Positions 29,553 to 37,713 of a DNA stretch of 64,000 nucleotides are shown here, one piece after another. The position numbers and the translations under genes are program-made. Each line of letters opens with the position of its first letter. Positions within the stretch are counted from its first letter, which is position 1. A model generated the notes under the pieces. That model searched no databases. It saw only the letters and a list, made by a program, of their open reading frames with translations, and was not told the DNA's origin. The DNA lies in contig JBAZSG010000001.1 in assembly GCA_041662585.1 (NCBI GenBank), positions 66,381 to 130,380 on the forward strand, written 5' to 3'. The stretch comes from Patescibacteria group bacterium (GTDB lineage: Bacteria > Patescibacteriota > Patescibacteriia > UBA1558 > GWA2-36-10).

Positions 29553-30479
29553 TTAGTAATTATGATATTCTCTTAAAACTTCTTTCAAATCACTAGCTTT
29601 TACTTTGATAATTTTATTCGAATCTATATTATTTAACCTTACCTGAGCAGCTACTTCATCCAATATATCAATAGCCTTATCAGGAAAAGCCCTATCTTTT
29701 ATTTTGGCCGTACCCTCTACTATTTGTTTTATAATATCACTGCCAATAGATACTTTATGATAATCCTCATAGCCCTTCTTCAGTGCCTCTAACATTTTTA
29801 TAGTAGTATTTTTATCTGGCTCTTCCATCAAATAGCCTTCAAATCTTCTAGTTAAAGTTTTATCTGGTTCTATATATTTTTTATACTCCTCTACTGTAGT
29901 GGTGCCAATCATTTGTAATTCACCCCTAGCTAAAGGAGCTTTGATAATATCATCGGCGTCAATAGAACCTTCGGTTCCTCCAGCTTGGACTATGGTATGA
30001 ATTTCATCCATAAATACTATAATACGCTTATTCATAGCAATAACATTATCAATCAGCTCTTTAAACCTTTTTTCAAAATCTCCTCTATACTTAGTACCCG
30101 CCAATACTGATGAAATATCAATTTTTAAAATTACTTTATCTGCTAAATTTTTAGGAACCTTACCTTTAGCTATGGCTAGGGCCAAGCCTTCGGCTATAGC
30201 TGTTTTACCAATACCAGCTCTACCAAATATAATAATATTGTTTTTTCTACGTCTTGATAATACTTGTATAACTTTTCTGATTTCTTTATCTCGACCTACT
30301 ACCGGATCCAATTTTCCTTCTCTAGCCAAAGCAGTTAGGTCTAAAGAAAAATTGTTTATAAAATTGGCAGAACCAAGATTGTGTTCTGTTTTATTATGTT
30401 TATTTTTGCCACGTAACAAATAAAACGCGGCTAAAATCAATATTAATATACTTAGAGCTAGAGGATAATCTAAAATCAT
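29553..30479 (-). CDS. Membrane-anchored single-domain ClpA/B-type AAA+ ATPase
   Basis: N-terminal TM, then GKLDPVVGRDKEI, GRAGIGKT, AGTKYRGDFEKR, MDEIH, FPDKAIDILDE; no second NBD. Confidence 0.85.
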   Translation of the reverse strand: MILDYPLALSILILILAAFYLLRGKNKHNKTEHNLGSANFINNFSLDLTALAREGKLDPVVGRDKEIRKVIQVLSRRRKNNIIIFGRAGIGKTAIAEGLALAIAKGKVPKNLADKVILKIDISSVLAGTKYRGDFEKRFKELIDNVIAMNKRIIVFMDEIHTIVQAGGTEGSIDADDIIKAPLARGELQMIGTTTVEEYKKYIEPDKTLTRRFEGYLMEEPDKNTTIKMLEALKKGYEDYHKVSIGSDIIKQIVEGTAKIKDRAFPDKAIDILDEVAAQVRLNNIDSNKIIKVKASDLKEVLREYHNY

Positions 30480-30481
30480 AA

Positions 30482-32581
30482 TTATAACCTATCGTAACTA
30501 TTAATTGATGGATTAATAGTTATCGTAAGCGTTTCTGTATCTGCACCAACAGAATTAAGAGCTGTTATTTCAACAGCATATGTACCAACTACACTGGCTG
30601 TACCGACGATTACGCCAGTTGATGTATCAAATGATAAGCCAGTTGGTAAATTACTTATTCTAAAATTAGTAGGGTTATTGGTAGCTGTAATAGTATATCT
30701 AAAACTACTTCCAACTGTAGCATTGACAGTTAATGGACTAGTTATTTCTGGTGCTGGTCCTCCTATAATTTCATTACATGGGATTTCGGTGATTGGCAAA
30801 GTCAAAAAAGTATCAGCATAGGGAGTACCATTAGTGTCATAATAATATATATTTGGCATATAATCTGTATAAGTTGTTTCTGGCAAACAGAGGGAATGTG
30901 TAATGCCTTGGGATTGTATATTTATTATACGTTCTGGAATTATTGCATGATTTTCATCATCAAAAACTTCTAAAGCAAATGGTGCACCTGGTTGATATTG
31001 TTGAGCAATATTAGAACTAAAATAATCATTAGTGTTCAAGTTTAGACCTCCAAATGGATAACCATAAGGGTTAAAATTAGCTATAAAATATATCTCCGGA
31101 TTGCTAATGCCGTCTGAATCTACTGGAATATTAACACTAGCATCATCAATACTACCGATATCTAGTTTATTAGCCAAAAGTTGATTACATGGTAAAGTGG
31201 TAGCTTTGTTGGTTAATAAACTATCAAAGTAGGGAGTACCATTGGTGTCATAATAATATAAAATATAATCACCCTCATTAATTAATGTCTCTGGTAAACA
31301 AAGAGTATGGATAGTTCCTTCAGATTGTATGTTTATTATACGCTCTGGAACCAGTGTTCCTACGTCACTACCAAAACTCAAAGCAAGTGGCGCACCTGGT
31401 TGATATTGTTGACCAATATTAGAACTAAAATAATTATTGCTACTCAAATTTAATTGTCCGAATGGATAACCATAAGGGGTAAAATTAGTCATAAAATATA
31501 TCTCGGGATCATTGATGCCGTCTGAATAAACTGGAATATTAACACTAGCATCATCAATACTACCAATATCTAGTTTATTAGCCAAAAGTTGATTACATGG
31601 TAAAGTGGTAGCTTTGTTGGTTAATAAACTATCAAAGTAGGGAGTACCATTGGTGTCATAATAATATAAAATATAATCACCCTCATTAATTAATGTCTCT
31701 GGTAAACAAAGAGTATGGATAGTTCCTTCAGATTGTATGTTTATTATACGCTCTGGAACCAGTGTTCCTACGTCACTACCAAAACTCAAAGCAAGTGGCG
31801 CACCTGGTTGATATTGTTGACCAATATTAGAACTAAAATAATTATTGCTACTCAAATTTAATTGTCCGAATGGATAACCATAAGGGGTAAAATTAGTCAT
31901 AAAATATATCTCGGGATCATTGATGCCGTCTGAATAAACTGGAATATTAACACTAGCATCATCAATACTACCAATATCTAGTTTATTAGCCAAAAGTTGA
32001 TTACATGGTAAAGTGGTAGCTTTGTTGGTTAATAAACTATCAAAGTATGGAGTACCATTGGTGTCATAATAGTATTTATTTGGAAAATAATCAGTATAGG
32101 TTGTCTCTGGTAAACAAAGAGTATGGATAGTTCCTTGAGATTGTACATTTATTATACGACTTGGGATTACTTCTCCTCCATTATCTGCCCAAAGTTGTAG
32201 AGCTAATGGAACGGTTGAAGTGGAATATTGAATATCCATTGGATCATATCCTCCACTTAAACTTAAATGGCCCAAAGATAAATTATCAGCTATAAACTCT
32301 ACACTAGGGTTGCTAATGCCGTCTGAATAAACTGGAATATTTACTGCAGCATCTTCAATACTTTTTAATACTAATGGACCTGTTTTTAAAATAGTTTCTC
32401 CAATTATGACAGGACCATTGACTGGACCACTAATTCTACTAACGGAAAAAGCCATAGCCATAAAATTAAGTCCTAACATAAATGAAGATACTATTAGTAA
32501 AGAAAGGGCTATCTGTTGCCCAGTAATTACCTTACTAACTATAGAAGTTTTATTTTGCACTTGCGTTTTTACTTGTTTCAT
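30482..32581 (-). CDS. Surface protein with four ~136-aa repeats and C-terminal putative Ig (He_PIG-like) domain
   Basis: N-terminal TM; repeats; NLPTGLSFDTSTGVIVGT. Confidence 0.8.
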   Translation of the reverse strand: MKQVKTQVQNKTSIVSKVITGQQIALSLLIVSSFMLGLNFMAMAFSVSRISGPVNGPVIIGETILKTGPLVLKSIEDAAVNIPVYSDGISNPSVEFIADNLSLGHLSLSGGYDPMDIQYSTSTVPLALQLWADNGGEVIPSRIINVQSQGTIHTLCLPETTYTDYFPNKYYYDTNGTPYFDSLLTNKATTLPCNQLLANKLDIGSIDDASVNIPVYSDGINDPEIYFMTNFTPYGYPFGQLNLSSNNYFSSNIGQQYQPGAPLALSFGSDVGTLVPERIINIQSEGTIHTLCLPETLINEGDYILYYYDTNGTPYFDSLLTNKATTLPCNQLLANKLDIGSIDDASVNIPVYSDGINDPEIYFMTNFTPYGYPFGQLNLSSNNYFSSNIGQQYQPGAPLALSFGSDVGTLVPERIINIQSEGTIHTLCLPETLINEGDYILYYYDTNGTPYFDSLLTNKATTLPCNQLLANKLDIGSIDDASVNIPVDSDGISNPEIYFIANFNPYGYPFGGLNLNTNDYFSSNIAQQYQPGAPFALEVFDDENHAIIPERIINIQSQGITHSLCLPETTYTDYMPNIYYYDTNGTPYADTFLTLPITEIPCNEIIGGPAPEITSPLTVNATVGSSFRYTITATNNPTNFRISNLPTGLSFDTSTGVIVGTASVVGTYAVEITALNSVGADTETLTITINPSINSYDRL
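30775..32365 (-). repeat. Intragenic tandem repeat, 408-bp period
   Basis: CATCATCAATACTACC recurs at 31141, 31549 and 31957; central two units identical in protein. Confidence 0.9.
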
Positions 32582-32664
32582 AACTTATTAATCTTTAAAA
32601 ATTTATTATTATATATAAATATTAATTGTTATTATTATACCATAAAAATAAAAAAATAAAAAAT

Positions 32665-32693
32665 TTGACAGTCAAAAATAATCAGCGTATAAT
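32665..32693 (+). promoter_or_regulatory. Consensus sigma70 promoter
   Basis: TTGACA-17-TATAAT. Confidence 0.8.
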
Positions 32694-32703
32694 ATCTATT
32701 AAT

Positions 32704-32801
32704 ATGCTGAAAAGAATTATTCAACATAAAAAACACCACAAAGATTACTACTTAAAATTTTTAAAAAATATATAAGTCGTTCCGAAAGGAACGATTTTTT
32801 T
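32704..32801 (+). promoter_or_regulatory. Leader peptide (MLKRIIQHKKHHKDYYLKFLKNI*) plus terminator hairpin; putative attenuator
   Basis: ORF 32704-32775 directly followed by GTCGTTCC-GAAA-GGAACGAT-T6, between promoter and gene. Confidence 0.55.
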
Positions 32802-32827
32802 ATAAACTAATAATTAAATAAAAACCT

Positions 32828-33832
32828 ATGGACAAAGCAAAAACAGCCCGCCTTGAGGGCTTCGTACTCAAGGAAGCTGAAGATTTTTTTCGCAAGCAGG
32901 GTTTTATCCCTTTATTTCCACCCAAAATTGTCAGAGCCTCTGGCGCTTGTGAAAATATAAATACTCTTTTTGAAGTCAGTGTTGATAAAAATCATAAATG
33001 GTTTGATAGGAATTCTTACCTTTCACAAACTGGTCAGCTCTATCTTGAAGCTATGGTACCAGAACTCAAAAAAGTCTATTGTGTAGGACCATCATTTAGA
33101 GCTGAGCCCAAAATAGACTCCCGACATTTAACAGAATTTACTATGTTGGAAATTGAATTTGCTGGTAACTTTGAAGATCTCTTAGCCTATGAAGAAACAC
33201 TTATTCATCATGTAGCCAAAAAAGTAGTGCAACATCCCAAAGTCAAAGAGGATTTTGGCTTGAGTGACCAAGACATACAACGCTTAAATAAATGTCCAAA
33301 TAAATTCCAGCGCTTTACCTATGATCAGGCCATTACCAAGCTTCAAGAAATTGGTGAAGCTATAAAATGGGGAGATGACATAAATAGTAATAGAGAAAAA
33401 TTGCTTCTAGCTACGGTTGATAATCAACCGTTTTTTATTACCCACTATCCTGACCCGATGTATGAAGAACATAAAAATATTGAAGTAGAAAAATTCTTCA
33501 ATATGCTACCATCAAAAGACAATCCTGGTCGTGTACTCAGTTCTGATCTTATATTACCCTTTGGTGGTGAAGCGGTGGGAGCAGCTGCTCGTGTACATAT
33601 ATTGGATGAATTGGTAAAACGTTTAAAAAATTCCAAAATGTATAAACGCCTACAAGAAAAAGGCGGTGATATCAGTGATTTTGAATGGTATATAAATCAT
33701 ATAGAAAAAAATGGAGCTGTACCGCATGCTGGTTGTGGTTTTGGCATGTCCAGAATACTACAGTATATTAGTGGCAAAACAGACATTACTGAAGCAGTCA
33801 CTTTTCCTTCTAATAAAGGCCTTTTGATATAA
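32828..33832 (+). CDS. AsnRS-like catalytic-domain-only protein (archaeal-type asparagine synthetase AS-AR-like)
   Basis: Class IIb motifs LSQTGQLYLE, SFRAEP..SRHLTEF, PHAGCGFGMSR; no N-terminal OB-fold anticodon domain. Confidence 0.75.
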   Translation: MDKAKTARLEGFVLKEAEDFFRKQGFIPLFPPKIVRASGACENINTLFEVSVDKNHKWFDRNSYLSQTGQLYLEAMVPELKKVYCVGPSFRAEPKIDSRHLTEFTMLEIEFAGNFEDLLAYEETLIHHVAKKVVQHPKVKEDFGLSDQDIQRLNKCPNKFQRFTYDQAITKLQEIGEAIKWGDDINSNREKLLLATVDNQPFFITHYPDPMYEEHKNIEVEKFFNMLPSKDNPGRVLSSDLILPFGGEAVGAAARVHILDELVKRLKNSKMYKRLQEKGGDISDFEWYINHIEKNGAVPHAGCGFGMSRILQYISGKTDITEAVTFPSNKGLLI

Positions 33833-33912
33833 TAAATAAAGTGGATAGACCATTGTCCATCCACTGACTCTCAAACACAAACATCAGTAGTAAACAAATT
33901 TTATATCAATAA

Positions 33913-33952
33913 GAAAACCGCCACCCGTAGCTTTATGCGAAGGGTGGCGGTC
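33913..33952 (-). terminator. Intrinsic terminator
   Basis: Minus strand ACCGCCACCC...GGGTGGCGGT-TTT. Confidence 0.7.
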
Positions 33953-33973
33953 CACGCTTTTGGCCAATAATGT

Positions 33974-34192
33974 CTAGCACGAACACGGCACATCACTGAG
34001 TGTCAGGTGCTCGGAAACCTTATTAAGGGTTTCGATATCAATGCCTAGTTGCCCAGCGGCCAAACTAGGGCTCAAGGGATAATCACGGCGACCACACTGA
34101 CAGATAATGAAATACCAGCCATAGATGCTTGATTTTTCCACTCTGGCTTTGGAGTGGCAAACTTGGCACACAATAGTTTTGTTGTTAGACAT
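33974..34192 (-). CDS. Small Cys-rich putative zinc-binding protein
   Basis: CQVC...CQCG; strong SD AAGGAGG; own terminator. Confidence 0.65.
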   Translation of the reverse strand: MSNNKTIVCQVCHSKARVEKSSIYGWYFIICQCGRRDYPLSPSLAAGQLGIDIETLNKVSEHLTLSDVPCSC

Positions 34193-34230
34193 GGCTTTCC
34201 TCCTTGATGAAATGAACTTGAAATTTGTAC

Positions 34231-34361
34231 AAAAAAACTGATCCTTTACGGAGATCAGTGCTTTTGCTTTTATCTAAATTTAATTTATATAACAAGAATG
34301 CCTAATCTCCTCGATCAGTTAACAACAAAAACAAAATAGAAATTTTATTTATAATCGGCAT
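34231..34361 (-). promoter_or_regulatory. Leader peptide (MPIINKISILFLLLTDRGD*) with antiterminator/terminator; putative attenuator
   Basis: ORF 34361-34302; terminator ACTGATCTCC-GTAA-AGGATCAGT-T6; GGAGATTAG at the stop codon can pair with CTGATCTCC. Confidence 0.6.
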
Positions 34362-34423
34362 ATATTATATATTATAATATCTAAAAAATTTGTCAATATA
34401 TAAAAATCAAACCCATCGCTTTT

Positions 34424-35128
34424 TCAACGATGGGTTTTTAAGTCAACGACTGCTTGCCTGACTCTATGTCCAATCACTTTTCTGACATGACGATCTGACA
34501 TATCTAGGTCAGAAAAATTAATCGGTTTACCGATAGTAATAGTTCCTCTATGACCAGAAGAAATTCCGCGATAGCTGAAACCAACGGCGATTGGCATGAT
34601 GGGCTGAATGCCTTCTAAGAGTATAGGGATTACGAAGTTTGGCTGAGCCAAACGGATAGTCTCAGCTACACCAGGTACACAGGGACCAACCTCCCCTGTC
34701 CTACTACGAGTAGCCTCAAAGAAAAGAACCACATTGCCAGTTTTTAAGGCTCTAACAAATAATCTGATTTGAGCCTTAATAGTATGGTGACCACTTTTTC
34801 TGGCGACAGGTATATTCTTTAAGAGATTGAAAAGGTGTTTCCACACCTTGTGGGTCAAAAAATTCTTTCTGTCTGGTGTATTCCAAGAAATACGTCTAGG
34901 GCAAAACAATATCTCCCACCAACTCAAGGTAGCGATTCCAATTAAAAAGGAATCAATTAGTGTGAGATGATTAGCTACATAAAGTACTCTAGTATCGTGG
35001 GGCAGGTTTTCTCGGCCGATTATCTCAACCTTGTTTCGAACACGGAAAATCCAAATACTCCACAACCATCCAACGATCAAAACTATATGGCTAAGTCTGC
35101 CATAAAACCACTTTTTTATGCTGCTCAT
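34424..35128 (-). CDS. Lysophospholipid acyltransferase (PlsC family)
   Basis: NHLTLID (HX4D), FFEATRSR, IGKPI; SD AAAGGAGG before MSSIKK. Confidence 0.85.
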   Translation of the reverse strand: MSSIKKWFYGRLSHIVLIVGWLWSIWIFRVRNKVEIIGRENLPHDTRVLYVANHLTLIDSFLIGIATLSWWEILFCPRRISWNTPDRKNFLTHKVWKHLFNLLKNIPVARKSGHHTIKAQIRLFVRALKTGNVVLFFEATRSRTGEVGPCVPGVAETIRLAQPNFVIPILLEGIQPIMPIAVGFSYRGISSGHRGTITIGKPINFSDLDMSDRHVRKVIGHRVRQAVVDLKTHR

Positions 35129-35299
35129 AGCAGACCTCCTTTCATGGTCATTGTATTTAAATAACACTATACTAACTAAATAGACTACTACACAAAAACC
35201 TTCTTGTCAAAATAGCTATTATTTATAAAATTGTAAATTTATAAAAAATATTGTATGCTACAGGCTCTTAAAGCCTATATAAAATATCTATATTAAAAC

Positions 35300-35866
35300 A
35301 TGAATTTTTTTAAACAATTCTTATCAAGTCCACTAGAAACAGGTGCTATTAAATCTTCTTCAAAAAATTTATCTAAGCTGATTACCAATCAAAGTGATTT
35401 GTCCAAAAAAAAATGTATCGTAGAGCTTGGCTCAGGTAAAGGAGTATTCACCAAAGAAATATTAAATAAAATATCTCCTAAGTGTATATTTTTTTGTTTA
35501 GAAATTAATCCTCAATTTGTTATTGAGACCAAAAAAAACTGTCCCAAGGCCATAGTCTATAATACCTCTGCCAAAAATATTAAGAAATATTTACTAAAAC
35601 ACAAACAAATAAGCTGTGACTGTATTATATCTGGATTACCTTGGTCATCTTTTAATAAAAAAGTACAAGAGACTTTATTAGATGAAATATATACTTCACT
35701 TGAAGATAATGGCGAATTTTTAACTTTTGCCTATCTTCAAGGACTATTACTTCCAAATGGAATTAGATTTCAAAAATTGTTGAAAAATAAATTTAAGCGA
35801 GTGAAAAAAACAAAAATAATCTGGAAAAATTTACCACCGGCCTTAGTATATTATTGTAAAAAATAA
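35300..35866 (+). CDS. Class I SAM methyltransferase, PmtA-like phospholipid N-methyltransferase
   Basis: PLETGAI, VELGSGKGVFT, ISGLPW, WKNLPPALVY. Confidence 0.8.
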   Translation: MNFFKQFLSSPLETGAIKSSSKNLSKLITNQSDLSKKKCIVELGSGKGVFTKEILNKISPKCIFFCLEINPQFVIETKKNCPKAIVYNTSAKNIKKYLLKHKQISCDCIISGLPWSSFNKKVQETLLDEIYTSLEDNGEFLTFAYLQGLLLPNGIRFQKLLKNKFKRVKKTKIIWKNLPPALVYYCKK

Positions 35867-35916
35867 AATTTATATTATAATATAGCAAAAAAAAAAATAA
35901 GAATTTTTTAAAATTC

Positions 35917-36039
35917 TTATTTTTTCTTTTTCTTGTTTGCCTTTGCTTCAAGCATAAGTCTTTTAATCTCTAGTCTTTTGGGAGTTTTTTTAGAACTAGA
36001 TTTTTGTGCTCTACCTGCAGCGTGTCTTCTTTTTGCCAT
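35917..36039 (-). CDS. 40-aa highly basic protein MAKRRHAAGRAQKSSSKKTPKRLEIKRLMLEAKANKKKKK (absent from ORF track)
   Basis: Translated by hand; AAAGGT SD-like upstream; stop lies within an AT hairpin/terminator. Confidence 0.65.
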   Translation of the reverse strand: MAKRRHAAGRAQKSSSKKTPKRLEIKRLMLEAKANKKKKK

Positions 36040-36116
36040 AATAAATAACCTTTAATGTTAATATAAAATATATTAACATTTTGAGCAATAAAAATCAAGA
36101 CCTTAAGCTACTATAA

Positions 36117-36641
36117 TTATTCAATAATTTGTACATTTGAAGGCAAACTTTGACGTATAATATCCAAATCTTGTCTTGATGTCTGATTACCAGACAAATT
36201 TAATATTTTTAAATTTTGCAAATTACCCAATTCGTATGGCAAACCAGTAAGCTGATTATTAGCTAAATTAAGTTCTATTAAATTACTCAATTGCCCAATT
36301 TCAGCTGGCACTCCTGTCATCTTATTGTTGGAAGCATTCAAAACCTGCAATCTTTGCAATTGATTGATTTGAGATGGTAAGGCTCCTGTTAATTGATTGT
36401 TTGATACATCCAGTTTTAACAAATTTGTTTTTTTAAAAACTGATTGATCTACTTGTTGTAAACCTTGACCACTTAAATCGAGACTATCTTTATTACTAAT
36501 ATCGACATTTATATCTTCTTGTTCTATTTTTTGTTCAGTATTTGTAGTGTTCTCGACAAGATTGTCTATTGATGTTTTATCAAAACTACAACTTGCGCCC
36601 ATTAGTAAAAAAATTGCTAAAACTAATAATATATTTTTCAT
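36117..36641 (-). CDS. Leucine-rich repeat lipoprotein
   Basis: LLMGASC lipobox-like; LxxLxLxxNxLTGxP repeats. Confidence 0.88.
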   Translation of the reverse strand: MKNILLVLAIFLLMGASCSFDKTSIDNLVENTTNTEQKIEQEDINVDISNKDSLDLSGQGLQQVDQSVFKKTNLLKLDVSNNQLTGALPSQINQLQRLQVLNASNNKMTGVPAEIGQLSNLIELNLANNQLTGLPYELGNLQNLKILNLSGNQTSRQDLDIIRQSLPSNVQIIE

Positions 36642-36651
36642 AAATTTATAA

Positions 36652-37302
36652 TTATTCAAATAAAATAGATATTTCCAAGGCATCATCATACTCTGGTAAA
36701 CCAGAAGGGTTGTCTTTTTGCAAAATCAAAGCTCCATTATTTTTATAACTAGGCTTTTCAAATTCTAGAGTAGCTTCAAATGGTACAAAATCTTCAGTCA
36801 TCCAATCATCTTTGGCTTGAGCTATTCCTTGAGCAATGATTAATCCATCCCAATTTACTAGAAATATTGGGAAACTAGCTTCAAAAAACCAAGTGCCTCT
36901 AGCTTGGCCAGTAATAGTTAAAGGGCTAGAAATATAATCGCCAGCATGCACTGAATCTAAAATTATTAAATCTTGTTTGGCCAGCTCTTCACTATCTATA
37001 ATTTCTTCGGTAGCTATGTTTTCTTCAGTATTTATGATTTGCTTCATCACACATTGATTATTATCCGAACAATGACAACTAAATGATGGTAGAGCCAAAG
37101 ATATATCTATTTGCCCAATTTTTATAGGCTTTTTGCTCCAACAACCACCCAAAAGACCACCGGTGATTTTTTGACAGTCAACATCTTGTTGACAATATTT
37201 GCTGCCTCCAAAACTAAAAGAAGTAAAAAATATTATATAACCTACTAATAAAATTAGTACTATAAATAAACTAATGACCCAAAAAAACTTTGTTGCTCTC
37301 AT
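36652..37302 (-). CDS. Membrane-anchored protein with Cys-rich domain and Gmad2-type Ig-like domain
   Basis: SPLTITGQARGTWFFEASFP...WMTEDFVPF...KDNPSGLP. Confidence 0.75.
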   Translation of the reverse strand: MRATKFFWVISLFIVLILLVGYIIFFTSFSFGGSKYCQQDVDCQKITGGLLGGCWSKKPIKIGQIDISLALPSFSCHCSDNNQCVMKQIINTEENIATEEIIDSEELAKQDLIILDSVHAGDYISSPLTITGQARGTWFFEASFPIFLVNWDGLIIAQGIAQAKDDWMTEDFVPFEATLEFEKPSYKNNGALILQKDNPSGLPEYDDALEISILFE

Positions 37303-37628
37303 AAAATTATTACCGATAATATTATTATAAACATAATTACAGCATATAAAAAATTAAAAGCTAAAATTTGTAAGGCTCTTTTGATATTGTGTTGAATAAT
37401 CAAATAAATGGGATATCCAAAAACCAAAAGCCCACAAACGGCTGCTGAAAAAACTAACAAAAAAAGCATAAGCGCTATACCCCAAATTTCTGGTGCGTTT
37501 TCCACTTGATTATTACCCATCAAGCGAAAAAATAGAGCAACCAAAGAACAATATATGGCCACCCCAAGTGTTTGTAAAAAACCAATCCAACCAGCAGACA
37601 TTTTATCCAAATTCATAAAATTACTCAT
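37299..37628 (-). CDS. Small membrane protein
   Basis: 3 TMs, LFLLVFSAAVCGLLVFGYP. Confidence 0.7.
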   Translation of the reverse strand: MSNFMNLDKMSAGWIGFLQTLGVAIYCSLVALFFRLMGNNQVENAPEIWGIALMLFLLVFSAAVCGLLVFGYPIYLIIQHNIKRALQILAFNFLYAVIMFIIILSVIIL

Positions 37629-37713
37629 TTAGTATTAATATCTTTATTATAGCACTATAAAGCCTTTTACAACAAACAAAAAATCACCATAAAAGATGAT
37701 TTTTTGAAAAAAT

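Noticed and set aside
30775-32365. Diversity-generating retroelement TR/VR pair
   Set aside because: The repeats are in-frame tandem domains, differences are not adenine-specific, and there is no reverse transcriptase in the window.
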